Shown in pieces: positions 36,638-46,351 of a stretch of DNA of 64,000 nucleotides. Source of the DNA: an uncultured Gemmatimonadales bacterium (GTDB taxonomy: Bacteria > Gemmatimonadota > Gemmatimonadetes > Longimicrobiales > RSA9). The DNA lies in assembly GCA_963816355.1 (NCBI GenBank), contig CAWFKH010000003.1, positions 192,001-256,000 on the forward strand, read 5' to 3'. Under the pieces are notes generated by a model, which ran no database searches, was not told the DNA's origin, and worked only from the letters and a program-made list of their open reading frames with translations. The position numbers and the translations under genes are program-made. Each line of letters starts with the position of its first letter. Position 1 is the stretch's first letter.

Positions 36638-38743
36638 ATGTCCGCGGCAAGGGAGTACCGGACGGAGCAGATTCGCAACGTGGCCATACTCGGGCACGGC
36701 GGGTCGGGCAAGACCTCGCTGATCGATGCCCTTTGCTTCGTGGGCGGCACCGCGCACCGGCACGGCGGCGTGGCGGAGGGCACGGCGCTCACCATGTACA
36801 CGGACGAGGAGGTCGAGCACGGGATCTCGATGCAGGTGTCGCCCGCCTACACGGAGTGGAACGACTGCAAGATCAACCTGCTCGACACCCCCGGCTACCT
36901 CGACTTCACGGGAGACGCGATCGCCGCCGCGAGGGTTGCCGACGGCGCTGTAATCGTCCTCGGCGCCACCCACGGCGTCGAGGTCGGCACGGAGATCGTC
37001 TGGGAATACTGCTCGAAACGCGGAATTCCCAGACTTTTTTTCGTCTCCATGATGGACAAGGATCACGCCGACTTCGACGACGTCTACGCCGACATCCGCG
37101 AGCACCTCACGGAGAAGGTCGTGCCGGTCGAGATCCCGATCGGCTCCGGTGACGCCTTCCACGGCATCATCAACCTCTTCAGCGGCCGCGCCCACCTCTA
37201 CACCCCCGGTACGCTCCACGGCGAGTACGAGGAGACCGACATCCCGGACGAGCTGCGCGAGAAGTTCCAGCGCTGGCGCACGGAGCTGCTGGAGACGATC
37301 GCGACCACCGACGACTCGCTCCTCGAGAAGTACCTCGAGGGCGGCGAGATCGACCGCGACCAGGCGATCTCCGCGATGCGCGCCGCGATGCAGAAGGGCG
37401 AGCTGTTCCCGCTCTTCTGCGGCGCGCCGCAGAAGACGTGGGGCACGCGCGCGCTGCTCTCGAAGCTGTGCCAGCTGGTCCCGAATCCCGCCGAAGCCGC
37501 GCCGGAGAAGATCGAGCGGCCGGGGATCAAGGAGACGATCACGCTCGCGCCGAAGGACGACGCCCCCTTCGCCGCGCTCGTCTTCAAGACCTCCTCCGAG
37601 CCGCACGTGGGCGAGCTCAGCTACTTCCGCGTCTTCACCGGCGAGGTGCTCACGGGGCAGGAGGTGCAGAACGCGAGTCGCAACGCGAGCGAGAAGCTCG
37701 CCCACCTCTCGATCCCGCTCGGCAAGGAGCGGCTCGAAGTCAGCCGCCTGCACGCCGGCGACATCGGCGTCGTCGCGAAGCTGAAGGACACCCACACCGG
37801 CGACACGCTGTGCGACGCGCGCCGGCCCGTCCGCCTCGATGGCGTCGACTTCCCGGAGCCCGACATCGCGATGGCGGTGCACGGCCTCACGCGCACCGAC
37901 GAGGACAAGATCGGCACCGCGCTCGCCAAGCTGCACGAGGAGGACCCCACCTTCCGCTTCGGCTACGATCCGGACCTCAAGCAGACGATCATCCGCGGCC
38001 TCGGCGAGCTCCACCTCGACGTCCAGCTCGAGCGGCTGCGTCGCAAGTTCGGCGTTCAGGCCGAGACGGAGGAGCCGCGCATCGCCTACCGCGAGACGAT
38101 CCGCCGCACCGCCGAGGCGCAGGGTCGCCACAAGAAGCAGAGCGGTGGCCACGGCCAGTTCGGCGACTGCTGGGTCCGCCTCAAGCCCGCCGCCCGCGAC
38201 TCCGGCTACGAGTTCGTCGACCGCATCGTCGGAGGCGTGATCCCCGGCAAGTTCATCCCCTCCGTCGACAAGGGAATCCAGGAGGCGGCCGGTCGCGGCA
38301 TCGTCGCCGGCTACCCCGTCGTCGACTTCGTCGCCGAGTGCTACGACGGCTCCTACCACAGCGTCGACTCGAGCGACATCGCCTTTCAGATCTCCGGCTC
38401 GATGGCGTTCCAGCGCGCCGCCGCCGACGCCGCGCCCGTCCTCCTCGAGCCGGTCATGGAGATCGAGGTGCTCGCCCCCGAGGAGTTCACCGGCGACATC
38501 ATCGGCGACCTCAACCAGCGCCGCGGCAAGATCCTCGGCATGATGCCGGAGGGGCGCAAGACGCGCGTGCGCGCGCTCGTGCCGCAGGCCGAGCTCTACA
38601 AGTACGCGACGACGCTGCGCTCCCTCACCCAGGGCCGCGGCTTCCACAGCCGCTCGTTCCACGGGTACGAGGATGTGCCGGCGCACGTCGCGCAGCAGGT
38701 GGTCGCCGAGAGCCGCAAGGGGAAGGAGGCGGCCACGGCGTGA
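36638..38743 (+). CDS. fusA: Elongation factor G paralog (EF-G II-like)
   Basis: GHGGSGKT, DTPG, GLGELHL, YRETI, KKQSGGHGQFG, DGSYHSVDSS; divergent switch I (EVEHGISM) and MMD in place of NKMD; not in an str operon. Confidence 0.9.
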   Translation: MSAAREYRTEQIRNVAILGHGGSGKTSLIDALCFVGGTAHRHGGVAEGTALTMYTDEEVEHGISMQVSPAYTEWNDCKINLLDTPGYLDFTGDAIAAARVADGAVIVLGATHGVEVGTEIVWEYCSKRGIPRLFFVSMMDKDHADFDDVYADIREHLTEKVVPVEIPIGSGDAFHGIINLFSGRAHLYTPGTLHGEYEETDIPDELREKFQRWRTELLETIATTDDSLLEKYLEGGEIDRDQAISAMRAAMQKGELFPLFCGAPQKTWGTRALLSKLCQLVPNPAEAAPEKIERPGIKETITLAPKDDAPFAALVFKTSSEPHVGELSYFRVFTGEVLTGQEVQNASRNASEKLAHLSIPLGKERLEVSRLHAGDIGVVAKLKDTHTGDTLCDARRPVRLDGVDFPEPDIAMAVHGLTRTDEDKIGTALAKLHEEDPTFRFGYDPDLKQTIIRGLGELHLDVQLERLRRKFGVQAETEEPRIAYRETIRRTAEAQGRHKKQSGGHGQFGDCWVRLKPAARDSGYEFVDRIVGGVIPGKFIPSVDKGIQEAAGRGIVAGYPVVDFVAECYDGSYHSVDSSDIAFQISGSMAFQRAAADAAPVLLEPVMEIEVLAPEEFTGDIIGDLNQRRGKILGMMPEGRKTRVRALVPQAELYKYATTLRSLTQGRGFHSRSFHGYEDVPAHVAQQVVAESRKGKEAATA

Positions 38744-38794
38744 GGTGCGCCGCCGCGCCGGCGTGAGCGCGGCAGGGTCGATGAGGTGGGAAGG

Positions 38795-38823
38795 GGGGCG
38801 GCGCTTCGGGCAAGCGCCGCCCC
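38795..38823. terminator. GC-rich hairpin between convergent genes
   Basis: GGGGCGGCGCTT-CGGGC-AAGCGCCGCCCC, 12-bp stem, no U-tract. Confidence 0.55.
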
Positions 38824-38830
38824 TCCTGCT

Positions 38831-39766
38831 TCAGGACTCCAGGTACCTGCGGAACCAGGCGATCGTGAGCGGCCACGCCTGGCGGCTCGCCGCCATGTTG
38901 GCGCCGTCCCGCCCGCTCTGCTGGCGCAGGAAGCCGTGGCCGGCGTCCTCGAAGAAGTGCGGCTCGTACACCTTGCCGAGCGCCTTCATCGTCGAGTCCG
39001 CGCCCGGCACGGTCGCGCCGACTCGCGCGTCGGCGCCGCCGTAGAGGCCGAGCACCGGCGCACGCACGCGCGCGAGCGACTCCGACTTCGGCGAGGTACC
39101 GTAGTAGACGACGGCGGCGGAGAGGTCCGGTGCGGCGACGGCGTGCGCGAACGTCGTCGTGCCGCCCCAGCAGAAGCCGACAATGCCGTACTTCTGCGTC
39201 GCCGCCGGCAGCTTCATCGCCCACGCCGCGACGGCGCGCAGGTCGCGCTGCACCGCGTCGCGGTCGAGCGTGCGGATCGCGGCGACCGCCGCCTGCGCGT
39301 CGGCGGACCCGTCGGGCGCGGTCGGCACGTCCTTCATCGTGAGCAGGTCCGGCGCGACGGCGATGAAGCCCTGCGCGGCGACGTCGTCCGCCACGGCGCG
39401 CACCCAGTTCGACATGCCGAAGATCTCGTGCACGACGAGCACGACCGGCGCCTTCGTGGCGCGCTCCGGATAGACGACCCACGCGCGCACGCTGTCGGCG
39501 GGGCCGGTGCGGATCGTCACCCACTCGCCGTGCCGCGGCGACGCCGCGAGGCGCGCTTCCGCGCCCTCGGCGTCCGGCGGCAGCGTCGGCTCCTGGCGGA
39601 CGGCCGCCGCGGCGCCGGCCGCGCCCGCGGCCGCCGCGCCGGTCCGTGCGGCCTGCGCGCCGGCCTGCGCGGCGCGCGCTTCGGGCGCGGGGTGCTTCAG
39701 GTACGCCGCGAGCGTGAAGACGACGGCGCCGGCCGCGAACAGCCGGATGGCGGTGCGAAACGTCAT
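38831..39766 (-). CDS. Exported dienelactone hydrolase family protein
   Basis: VHEIFG, APDL, GFCWGG nucleophile motif, YYG, AGHGF. Confidence 0.92.
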   Translation of the reverse strand: MTFRTAIRLFAAGAVVFTLAAYLKHPAPEARAAQAGAQAARTGAAAAGAAGAAAAVRQEPTLPPDAEGAEARLAASPRHGEWVTIRTGPADSVRAWVVYPERATKAPVVLVVHEIFGMSNWVRAVADDVAAQGFIAVAPDLLTMKDVPTAPDGSADAQAAVAAIRTLDRDAVQRDLRAVAAWAMKLPAATQKYGIVGFCWGGTTTFAHAVAAPDLSAAVVYYGTSPKSESLARVRAPVLGLYGGADARVGATVPGADSTMKALGKVYEPHFFEDAGHGFLRQQSGRDGANMAASRQAWPLTIAWFRRYLES

Positions 39767-39816
39767 CGGTCTCTCCCCTCGATTGTGCGACGTGCGGCCG
39801 TCGCGTTCGGTCCCGG

Positions 39817-39852
39817 CGGCACGCCCACCGGCACGCCCACCGGCACGCCCAC
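39817..39852. repeat. 12-bp tandem repeat x3
   Basis: (CGGCACGCCCAC)3, intergenic. Confidence 0.85.
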
Positions 39853-39860
39853 CGGCGCGC

Positions 39861-41600
39861 TCAGCGGCTCCACGCGTCCACTTTCCCCGCCGCCGGGTAG
39901 ACGGGCCGGATGTCGACCGGCACGCGGGTGAGGCGGTCGATCGCCTGCTTCATCTCGGGCCGGATCGCGGCGGCGTACTTCGCGAGCAGGTCGACGGCGT
40001 CCTGATACGATCCGCGTGCCTCCAGCGTGAGAAGCTCGTGGGCGAGCGCGCGGTTCCCCGCGACGAGCGCGGGGAGGTCGGCCGAGAAGCGGGCCGTGGC
40101 GGAGTCGTAGCGGATCGCGCCGCGGTCCCACAGGTAGTTGAACTGCAGCAGGTTCGCCTTGCCGTGCGCCTCAGAGGTGCCGAAGCGAACGGCGCGGAAC
40201 ATGTCGGCGAGGTGGCCGATGTAGGCGCGGCGCACGAAGTCGGCGTCGTAGAGGCCGCGCTCGGCGAGCACGGACATGTCGTGCAGCCCCGTCACGTCCG
40301 CCTTCGCCTCCTCGATCGCGGAGTACTGCTCCTTGAGCGCCTGGTTCACCGTGGTGCGCTGGCCGTTCACGGTGATGAAGCCGGGGCCGAGGCCGTGCGC
40401 CAGCTCGTGCATCAGCACGTTGGTGAACCACGGCTCGAACGCGATCTCGGCGACGAGGGCGGTGTCGAGCACCTCGCGCGCGATCGGCACCAGCGTCTTG
40501 TCGAACTTCGCCTGCGACACGTTGCGCAGCATCACCTTCTTCGACCCCTTCGCCTTCCGCACGCGCTCGTCGTTGGGGAGGTTGAAGGCGATCGTCTGCA
40601 CGCCGCGGCGCGCGTCGCCCGCGGTGAACGCGACGTCGACCACGCGGATCGGGCTCTCGAAGCCGCGGTCCAGGTTCTTGTAGCGGTCCTCGATCGGGAG
40701 CGCGCCCTCCAGCTCGCGCAGGTGGCTCTTCAGCTCGTCCAGCTCCGCGCTCGCCGCCGAGTCCGCGACCGTGATGAAGCTCTCGAACGACGCCTTCAGC
40801 CCGACGAGCTGGTCCTCGTACACCTCGTACGGACCGATCGTCGGCTCGATCGCGCTGCCGTGGATGTCCATCCACGCCAGGTCGCTCGCGTAGTAGTCGT
40901 TCGAGCCGAACGCGTCCGCCCGCTTGTCGAGGAAGTCGGCCAGCGAGGCGTTGTGCGCCCGCGCGATCCCGGCCGCTTCGTGAAGCAGCGCCGCCGCCTT
41001 CGCCAGCGAGTCGCCGTACGCCTGCGAGTACGGCACCGCGACCAGGCTGCTGTCGCCCTGCCGCCGGATCAGCGTCACCGGGCTCGTGAACGCGTCGCGG
41101 TCGCCCGGGTGCGCCTCGATCCACGCCTCGAACTGCTCCTGCGTCAGTCCCTCCGGGTAGAACCCCGCGCCCGGCGGCTTCGGACCCACGTCGAGGAACG
41201 GCTCGTCGTCGCGCAGACGGTCCCACGGCCCCGCCATGATGTCGAAGTAGGCGACGGCGGCGTCCTTGCCCGCGCCGCTCTCCGACGCCAGCCGGCTACG
41301 CCACTCCGGCACCTGCGGCGAGACCTGGATCGCGAAGACGTCGTGCAGCACCTGCGACGCCTCGATCAGCTTCGCCAGCACCTGCCGGTGCCACGGCTCG
41401 AGCTTCGCCTCGTCCACCTCGATCGTGGCGGGCGCGAACTGCGCCACCCGCGACTGCAACTCGGCGGGCGTGATCCCGGGTGCCAGCATCGCGATCGGCT
41501 CTCCATCGGTGGCGGGGGCATCGGCATCGCTCCCGCCGCGCGCGCACGCGGCGAGCGACGGAAGCAGGACGGCGCATGCGGCGATTCGTAGCGGACGCAT
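39861..41600 (-). CDS. M49 / DPP-III-like Zn-peptidase lipoprotein (HExxH type)
   Basis: Lipobox LAAC; IGPYEVYED, AFNLPNDER, HELAHGLG, EEAKADV. Confidence 0.88.
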   Translation of the reverse strand: MRPLRIAACAVLLPSLAACARGGSDADAPATDGEPIAMLAPGITPAELQSRVAQFAPATIEVDEAKLEPWHRQVLAKLIEASQVLHDVFAIQVSPQVPEWRSRLASESGAGKDAAVAYFDIMAGPWDRLRDDEPFLDVGPKPPGAGFYPEGLTQEQFEAWIEAHPGDRDAFTSPVTLIRRQGDSSLVAVPYSQAYGDSLAKAAALLHEAAGIARAHNASLADFLDKRADAFGSNDYYASDLAWMDIHGSAIEPTIGPYEVYEDQLVGLKASFESFITVADSAASAELDELKSHLRELEGALPIEDRYKNLDRGFESPIRVVDVAFTAGDARRGVQTIAFNLPNDERVRKAKGSKKVMLRNVSQAKFDKTLVPIAREVLDTALVAEIAFEPWFTNVLMHELAHGLGPGFITVNGQRTTVNQALKEQYSAIEEAKADVTGLHDMSVLAERGLYDADFVRRAYIGHLADMFRAVRFGTSEAHGKANLLQFNYLWDRGAIRYDSATARFSADLPALVAGNRALAHELLTLEARGSYQDAVDLLAKYAAAIRPEMKQAIDRLTRVPVDIRPVYPAAGKVDAWSR

Positions 41601-41843
41601 TCCTCTCCACTCCTCCAGCGGGGGGCGGCGACGACGGTGTGCGGCCGGAAGCATAGGGCGCCGGGACGCCGCCGCGCCAGTCGCGCAACCGCGTAGTCGA
41701 ATCCCCGTCGTCCAGCCCCGCCCCCGGCCGCGGGCTCCGCCCTACGCCCTTCGCGGCGCCCATGGCGCATCTTTCGCGTCGTACGATGCGCGCGCGCGCC
41801 ATCCGGTCGCGCGCGGACTCGTGGCTCGTTAAGGAGGTCGACG

Positions 41844-42272
41844 ATGAACGGATACGAGAGCGCCACCGCCACGGCGGAGCCGACGGCCGGTACGGCGACG
41901 AACGGCGGAGCCGCGAAGGGCGCGACCGCGCCGGACGGGGCGGCCGCGGCGATCGAGCGCATCGCCGAGCGCCTCGGCAGCAGCGCCCGCGCGCGCGCCG
42001 TCTTCGGCGACCCCGTCGCGCGCGACGGGGTGACGGTCATCCCCGTCGCCAAGGCGCGCTGGGGCTTCGGCGGTGGGGCGGGGAAGGGCCGCCGGCCGCA
42101 GGAGGAGGGCGGCGGCGCCGGCGGCGGCATGGCCATCACGCCGGTCGGCTACATCGAGGTGCGCGGCGGCGAGGCGAAGTACCGGCCGGTCTTCGACCTG
42201 GCCCGCGTCATCCCCGGCGGCCTCGTCGGCTTCGCCGTCGCCGCGTGGATCGTCCGGCGCCTCTTCCGCTGA
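41844..42272 (+). CDS. YtfJ/GerW family protein
   Basis: AAGGAGG RBS; VFGDPV...TVIPVAK...GFGGGAG...GGGAGGG...PVGYI. Confidence 0.85.
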   Translation: MNGYESATATAEPTAGTATNGGAAKGATAPDGAAAAIERIAERLGSSARARAVFGDPVARDGVTVIPVAKARWGFGGGAGKGRRPQEEGGGAGGGMAITPVGYIEVRGGEAKYRPVFDLARVIPGGLVGFAVAAWIVRRLFR

Positions 42273-42317
42273 CCCCCGCCGCGCGGGCGCGCTCCCCGCA
42301 CCCCGGAGCGCGCCCCC

Positions 42318-42494
42318 GCGGACCCGCGGTGCCACGGACCGGCGGTGCCCACGGACCCGCGGTGCCCCCGCAGACCCCGACCCCCCGCGGACCCGCGGTG
42401 CCCCCGCAGACCCCCGACCCCCCGCAGACCCCCGTACCCCCCGCCGACCCCGTACCCCCGACCCCCCGCAGACCCCCTCCGCAGACCCCAGACC
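42318..42494. repeat. Irregular C-rich tandem repeats with shared terminal motif
   Basis: Repeated GGACCCGCGGTGCC and CCCCCGCAGACCCC units ending in CAGACCCCCTCCGCAGACCCCAGACC. Confidence 0.8.
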
Positions 42495-42569
42495 GCTCGC
42501 CTTCCCACGCCCCGCCACGGCCCCGCCCTCCCCTTGCCACGAGCCCTCACCCACCCCCATCTTCCCCAA

Positions 42570-42620
42570 CATTCGTTTGCTCAACCCAATCATTCTTTGC
42601 TGACGCCGTTCGGAGCAAAG
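42570..42620. promoter_or_regulatory. Putative operator upstream of the wHTH-NTase gene
   Basis: Inverted repeat CTTTGCT-N12-AGCAAAG (42595-42620) and an extra half-site TTTGCT at 42576, in an AT-richer patch. Confidence 0.45.
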
Positions 42621-42631
42621 GCCGGTCGACC

Positions 42632-43312
42632 ATGCGCAAACCGTTGGTACGTGAGAGTTTCCTGAGGTATCCGACGAGCACGCTGCTGGGGACGCCGGGG
42701 AGCGTGCGGGTGCTGCGGGAGCTGACGCTGGAGGGGGAGCCGCTGGCGGTGACGGAGCTGGCGGCGCGGACGTCGCTGACGAACCAGGCGGTGCGGAACA
42801 CGGTGGCGGAGCTGGCGGAGGCGGGGGTGGTGAAGGCGCTGGGCGCGGGACGCAGCCGGCTGTACCAGGCGGACGTGAGTCATCCGCTGTACGTGGCGCT
42901 GGGCTCGCTCTTCCACGCGGAGGCGGAGCGTTTCGATACGGTGCGTTCGGCGCTGGTGAGCGCGGCGGAGAACCTGACGCCGCAGCCGCTGGCGGCGTGG
43001 ATCTACGGCGGTGTGGCGCGGGGCGAGGATCGGGCGCACGCGGACGTGGAGGTGGCGCTGGTCGCGGCGGACGACGCGGTGGAGGTGGCGGTGGAGCGGC
43101 TGGAGGCGATGCTGGAGCCGGCGGGCCAGGTGCAGCGGGTGTGGTTCAGCGTGGTGGGGCTGACGCCGTCGGACGTGCGGCGCCTGGCGAAGGGGGACGC
43201 GTGGTGGAGGTCGGCGACGTCGCCGTCGCTCGCGGTGTTCGGGCCGGCGCCGGCGGAGCTCGCGGCGTCGCTGGCGCGGCCGGAGCGGACGCGGCCCACG
43301 TTCGCGCGCTGA
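42632..43312 (+). CDS. Winged-HTH plus minimal nucleotidyltransferase-like protein
   Basis: HTH AVTELAARTSLTNQAVRNTVAELAEAGVV; WIYGGVARGEDRAHADVEVALV resembles the MNT GSxARG...SDxD motif. Confidence 0.75.
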   Translation: MRKPLVRESFLRYPTSTLLGTPGSVRVLRELTLEGEPLAVTELAARTSLTNQAVRNTVAELAEAGVVKALGAGRSRLYQADVSHPLYVALGSLFHAEAERFDTVRSALVSAAENLTPQPLAAWIYGGVARGEDRAHADVEVALVAADDAVEVAVERLEAMLEPAGQVQRVWFSVVGLTPSDVRRLAKGDAWWRSATSPSLAVFGPAPAELAASLARPERTRPTFAR

Positions 43313-43381
43313 CGGCGGGCGTCGTCGTCGCGGGGACGGCGGCGTCGTCGTCGCGGGGAAGGTGCTGGAGGTGCGACGCCG

Positions 43382-44770
43382 CTACTCGTTGCGCGAAGGC
43401 GGCTTGGCCACGGAGACCGTCTTCACGTTCACGAACTCGCGGATGCCGATCCAGGAGAGCTCGCGACCGTAGCCGGACTCCTTGACGCCGCCGAAGGGCA
43501 GGCGGGGGTCGGAGGCGACCATGCCGTTGATGAAGACACAGCCGGCGTCGAGCCGGTCGATGAAGCGCTCCTGCTCGGCGGGGTCGTCGCTCCAGGCGGC
43601 GGCGCCGAGGCCGAAGCGGGTGTCGTTGGCGCGCGCGATCGCCTCTTCGAGGTCGCGCACGCGCCAGAGGGAGGCGACGGGGCCGAACAGCTCGTCGGAG
43701 TGGGCGGGGGAGCGGTCGGGGATCGCCTCCAGCACGGTGGCTGGATAGAACCAGCCCTCGCGGTCGGGGGTGTCGCCGCCGAGCAGCAGGGTCGCGCCCG
43801 CGTCGACGGTGCGGCGCACCTGTCGGTGCAGGTCGTCGCGGAGCCGCGCCATCGCGAGCGGGCCGAGATCGGTGTCCTGCTGCATCGGGTCGCCCACGCG
43901 GAGCGCGCGGGCTTTCTCGACGAAGGCGTCGCGGAAGCGGTCGTAGACGTCGGTGTGGACGATGAAGCGCTTTGCCGCGATGCACGACTGGCCGTTGTTG
44001 ATCATGCGCGCCTTGACGGCGGTGTCGAGGGCGGCGTCGAAGTCGGCGCTGGGCATCACGACGAAGGGGTCGCTGCCGCCGAGTTCGAGGACCGTCTTCT
44101 TGATGCGACGTCCGGCCCGCGCCGCGACGGCGCCGCCCGCGGCCACGCTGCCGGTCAGCGTCACGGCGCGGATGCGGGGGTCGTCCAGGACCGTCTCGAC
44201 CGCGTCGTGCTCGACGAGCAGCGCCTGGAACGCGCCCTCGGCGAAGCCGGCGCGGCGGAACACGTCCTCGATCGCGAGCGCGCACTGCGGCACGTTGGCC
44301 GCGTGCTTCAGGAGGGCGACGTTGCCGGCCATGAGCGCGGGCGCGGCGAAGCGGAAGACCTGCCAGAAGGGGAAGTTCCACGGCATGATCGCGAGCACCG
44401 GCCCGAGCGGCTGGCAGCGGACGAAGGCGCGCGCCGCGTCGGTCGCGACCGGCTCGTCCGCGAGCTGACGCTCCGCCTCCTCGGCGTAGTAGCGACACGC
44501 CCACGCGCACTTCTCCGCCTCCGCCACTGCGGCCCCGATCGGCTTTCCCATCTCGAGCGTCATCAGCGCGCCGAGGCGGTCCTTCTCCGTCTCGAGGATC
44601 GCGGCCGCCCGCAGCATCCACGCCGCGCGCTCCGCGAAGCTCGTCGCGCGCAGCGTCTCGAACGCGTGGGCCGCCCGCGCGACGCGGCGCTCGACCTCGG
44701 CGCCCGCGTGCGGCTCGAACTCCCGCACCGTGCGGCCGGTGGCCGGATTGATGGTGGCGATCGACGACAT
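43382..44770 (-). CDS. NAD(P)-dependent succinate-semialdehyde dehydrogenase (GabD1/Sad-like)
   Basis: INPATG, MPWNFPFWQ, TGS, ELGGSDPF, NNGQSCIAAKR, ELFGP, PFGGVKESGYGRE. Confidence 0.93.
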   Translation of the reverse strand: MSSIATINPATGRTVREFEPHAGAEVERRVARAAHAFETLRATSFAERAAWMLRAAAILETEKDRLGALMTLEMGKPIGAAVAEAEKCAWACRYYAEEAERQLADEPVATDAARAFVRCQPLGPVLAIMPWNFPFWQVFRFAAPALMAGNVALLKHAANVPQCALAIEDVFRRAGFAEGAFQALLVEHDAVETVLDDPRIRAVTLTGSVAAGGAVAARAGRRIKKTVLELGGSDPFVVMPSADFDAALDTAVKARMINNGQSCIAAKRFIVHTDVYDRFRDAFVEKARALRVGDPMQQDTDLGPLAMARLRDDLHRQVRRTVDAGATLLLGGDTPDREGWFYPATVLEAIPDRSPAHSDELFGPVASLWRVRDLEEAIARANDTRFGLGAAAWSDDPAEQERFIDRLDAGCVFINGMVASDPRLPFGGVKESGYGRELSWIGIREFVNVKTVSVAKPPSRNE

Positions 44771-44849
44771 GGGCTCCCCCGTCCGCTGCGAGACTCTCCG
44801 TGCGCGCGCCGCTGTTCCGCGCGGCCGGCTCCCCCACTCGCGAGGCAGG

Positions 44850-44965
44850 AGGCATACCAGCGGCGCAGGCCGGTCGCCGCCCGGCGGGCGCTCCCCTCCC
44901 GGGACAGAAGGCATACCAGCGGCGCAGGCCGGCGGCAAGCGCAGGCCGGCGGCAAGCGCAGGCCG
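44850..44965. repeat. Short direct repeats in the divergent intergenic region
   Basis: AGGCATACCAGCGGCGCAGGCCGG at 44850 and 44909; GCGGCAAGCGCAGGCCG at 44932 and 44949. Confidence 0.8.
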
Positions 44966-44974
44966 TTCCTGAAA

Positions 44975-45003
44975 CCAACCCTTTGGCGCTCTCGTACGTC
45001 CAA
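44975..45003 (+). promoter_or_regulatory. Putative ECF-dependent promoter of the third DUF4097 gene
   Basis: CCAAC-N17-CGTCCAA, matching the layout at 23927. Confidence 0.5.
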
Positions 45004-45036
45004 ACGAGCAGGGAACCGAAAAGAGGAGATGGGACG

Positions 45037-45861
45037 ATGATGAGAGCGAGCGTGATCGCGTGGGGGGCCGCCATGGTCCTTGCCGGCGTGGGCAGCATCA
45101 CCGGCGCGACGCTGAACGCGCAGGGGCGGGAGGGCAAGCCTTCCTGCGACAACGTGGGCACCGACCGGCCGCACTTCTGCGAGGTGCGCTCCGTCCGCAT
45201 GCGCGCCGAGCCGAAGATCGAGGTCGACGGCGGCACCAACGGCGGCGTCACGGTCGAGGGCTGGGACCAGGGCGATGTCCTCGTCGAGGCGCAGGTCGAG
45301 GCGTGGGCGGAGTCGGACGACGACGCCCGCGACATCGCCCGCGACGTGCACCTGCGCACCGAGGACGGCCGCATCCGCGCCGAGGGCCCCGGCCAGGGCG
45401 GCTGGCGCCATCGCCACGAAGGCTGGGCCGTCAGCTTCACCATCCACGTCCCGCACCGCACCGACCTGTCGCTCGAGACGACGAACGGCGGCGTCACCGT
45501 CAACGACGTCGGCGGTACCCTCCGTTTCCGCGCGCTCAACGGCGGCGTGCACCTCGCCGGCCTTTCCGGCGACGTCGAAGGCAGCACGACCAACGGCGGC
45601 GTCCACGTCGACCTCGCCGGCCCGCGCTGGGACGGAGCGGGCCTCAACGTGCGCACGATGAACGGCGGCGTCCGCCTCCGCATCCCGCGCGACTACTCCG
45701 CCCACCTGGTGACCGGCACCGTCAACGGCGGCATTCGCATCGATTTCCCCGTCACCGTCCAGGGCCGCATCGACAAGCGCCTCGCCGTCGACCTCGGCCA
45801 GGGCGGTCCGCCGGTCGAGGTGCGGACGACGAACGGCGGCGTCACCGTGGAGCGACGATAG
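45037..45861 (+). CDS. Exported DUF4097 beta-strand-repeat protein
   Basis: GAGGAG RBS, signal peptide, repeated T-x-NGG-V motifs. Confidence 0.88.
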   Translation: MMRASVIAWGAAMVLAGVGSITGATLNAQGREGKPSCDNVGTDRPHFCEVRSVRMRAEPKIEVDGGTNGGVTVEGWDQGDVLVEAQVEAWAESDDDARDIARDVHLRTEDGRIRAEGPGQGGWRHRHEGWAVSFTIHVPHRTDLSLETTNGGVTVNDVGGTLRFRALNGGVHLAGLSGDVEGSTTNGGVHVDLAGPRWDGAGLNVRTMNGGVRLRIPRDYSAHLVTGTVNGGIRIDFPVTVQGRIDKRLAVDLGQGGPPVEVRTTNGGVTVERR

Positions 45862-45884
45862 GGACGCCGACGCCGGGCGGCGTC

Positions 45885-46324
45885 GGGGAAGCTCGCTGCG
45901 CGAGGGAAGCCGGCCTGCGGCCGGGGAAGCTCGCTGCGCGAGGGAAGCCGCCTGGCGGCGGGGGCCGGCCTGACGGCCGGGGAAGCTCGCTGCGCGAGGG
46001 AAGCCGCCTGGCGGCGGGGGCCGGCCTGCGGCCGGGGGAGCTCGCTGCGCGAGGGAAGCCGCCTGGCGGCGGGGGCCGGCCTGCGGCCGGGGAAGCTCGC
46101 TGCGCGAGGGAAGCCGCCTGGCGGCGGGGGCCGGCCTGCGGCCGGGGACGCTCGCTGCGCGAGGGAAGCCGCCTGGCGGCGGGGGCCGGCCTGCGGCCGG
46201 GGAAGCTCGCTGCGCGAGGGGCCGGGTCTGCGGTCTCTAAGGCGTGTCCCCGGCGGACCCTCGGACCCCCCGCAGACCCCCGTACCCCACACCCCCCGCA
46301 GACCCCCTCCCCAGACCCCAGACC
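45885..46324. repeat. 55-bp palindrome-rich tandem repeat (about 5.5 copies) plus C-rich terminal motif
   Basis: Unit GGCCGGGGAAGCTCGCTGCGCGAGGGAAGCCGCCTGGCGGCGGGGGCCGGCCTGC starts at 45919, 45975, 46030, 46085, 46140 and 46195 (partial). Confidence 0.93.
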
Positions 46325-46351
46325 GATCGGCCCCACCGATACGCTGGCCCC

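Noticed and set aside
41844..42272. Evidence of sporulation from YtfJ/GerW
   Set aside because: The family is widespread in non-sporulating bacteria and no other sporulation genes are present.
45885..46225. CRISPR array
   Set aside because: Palindromic but head-to-tail 55-bp units without variable spacers.
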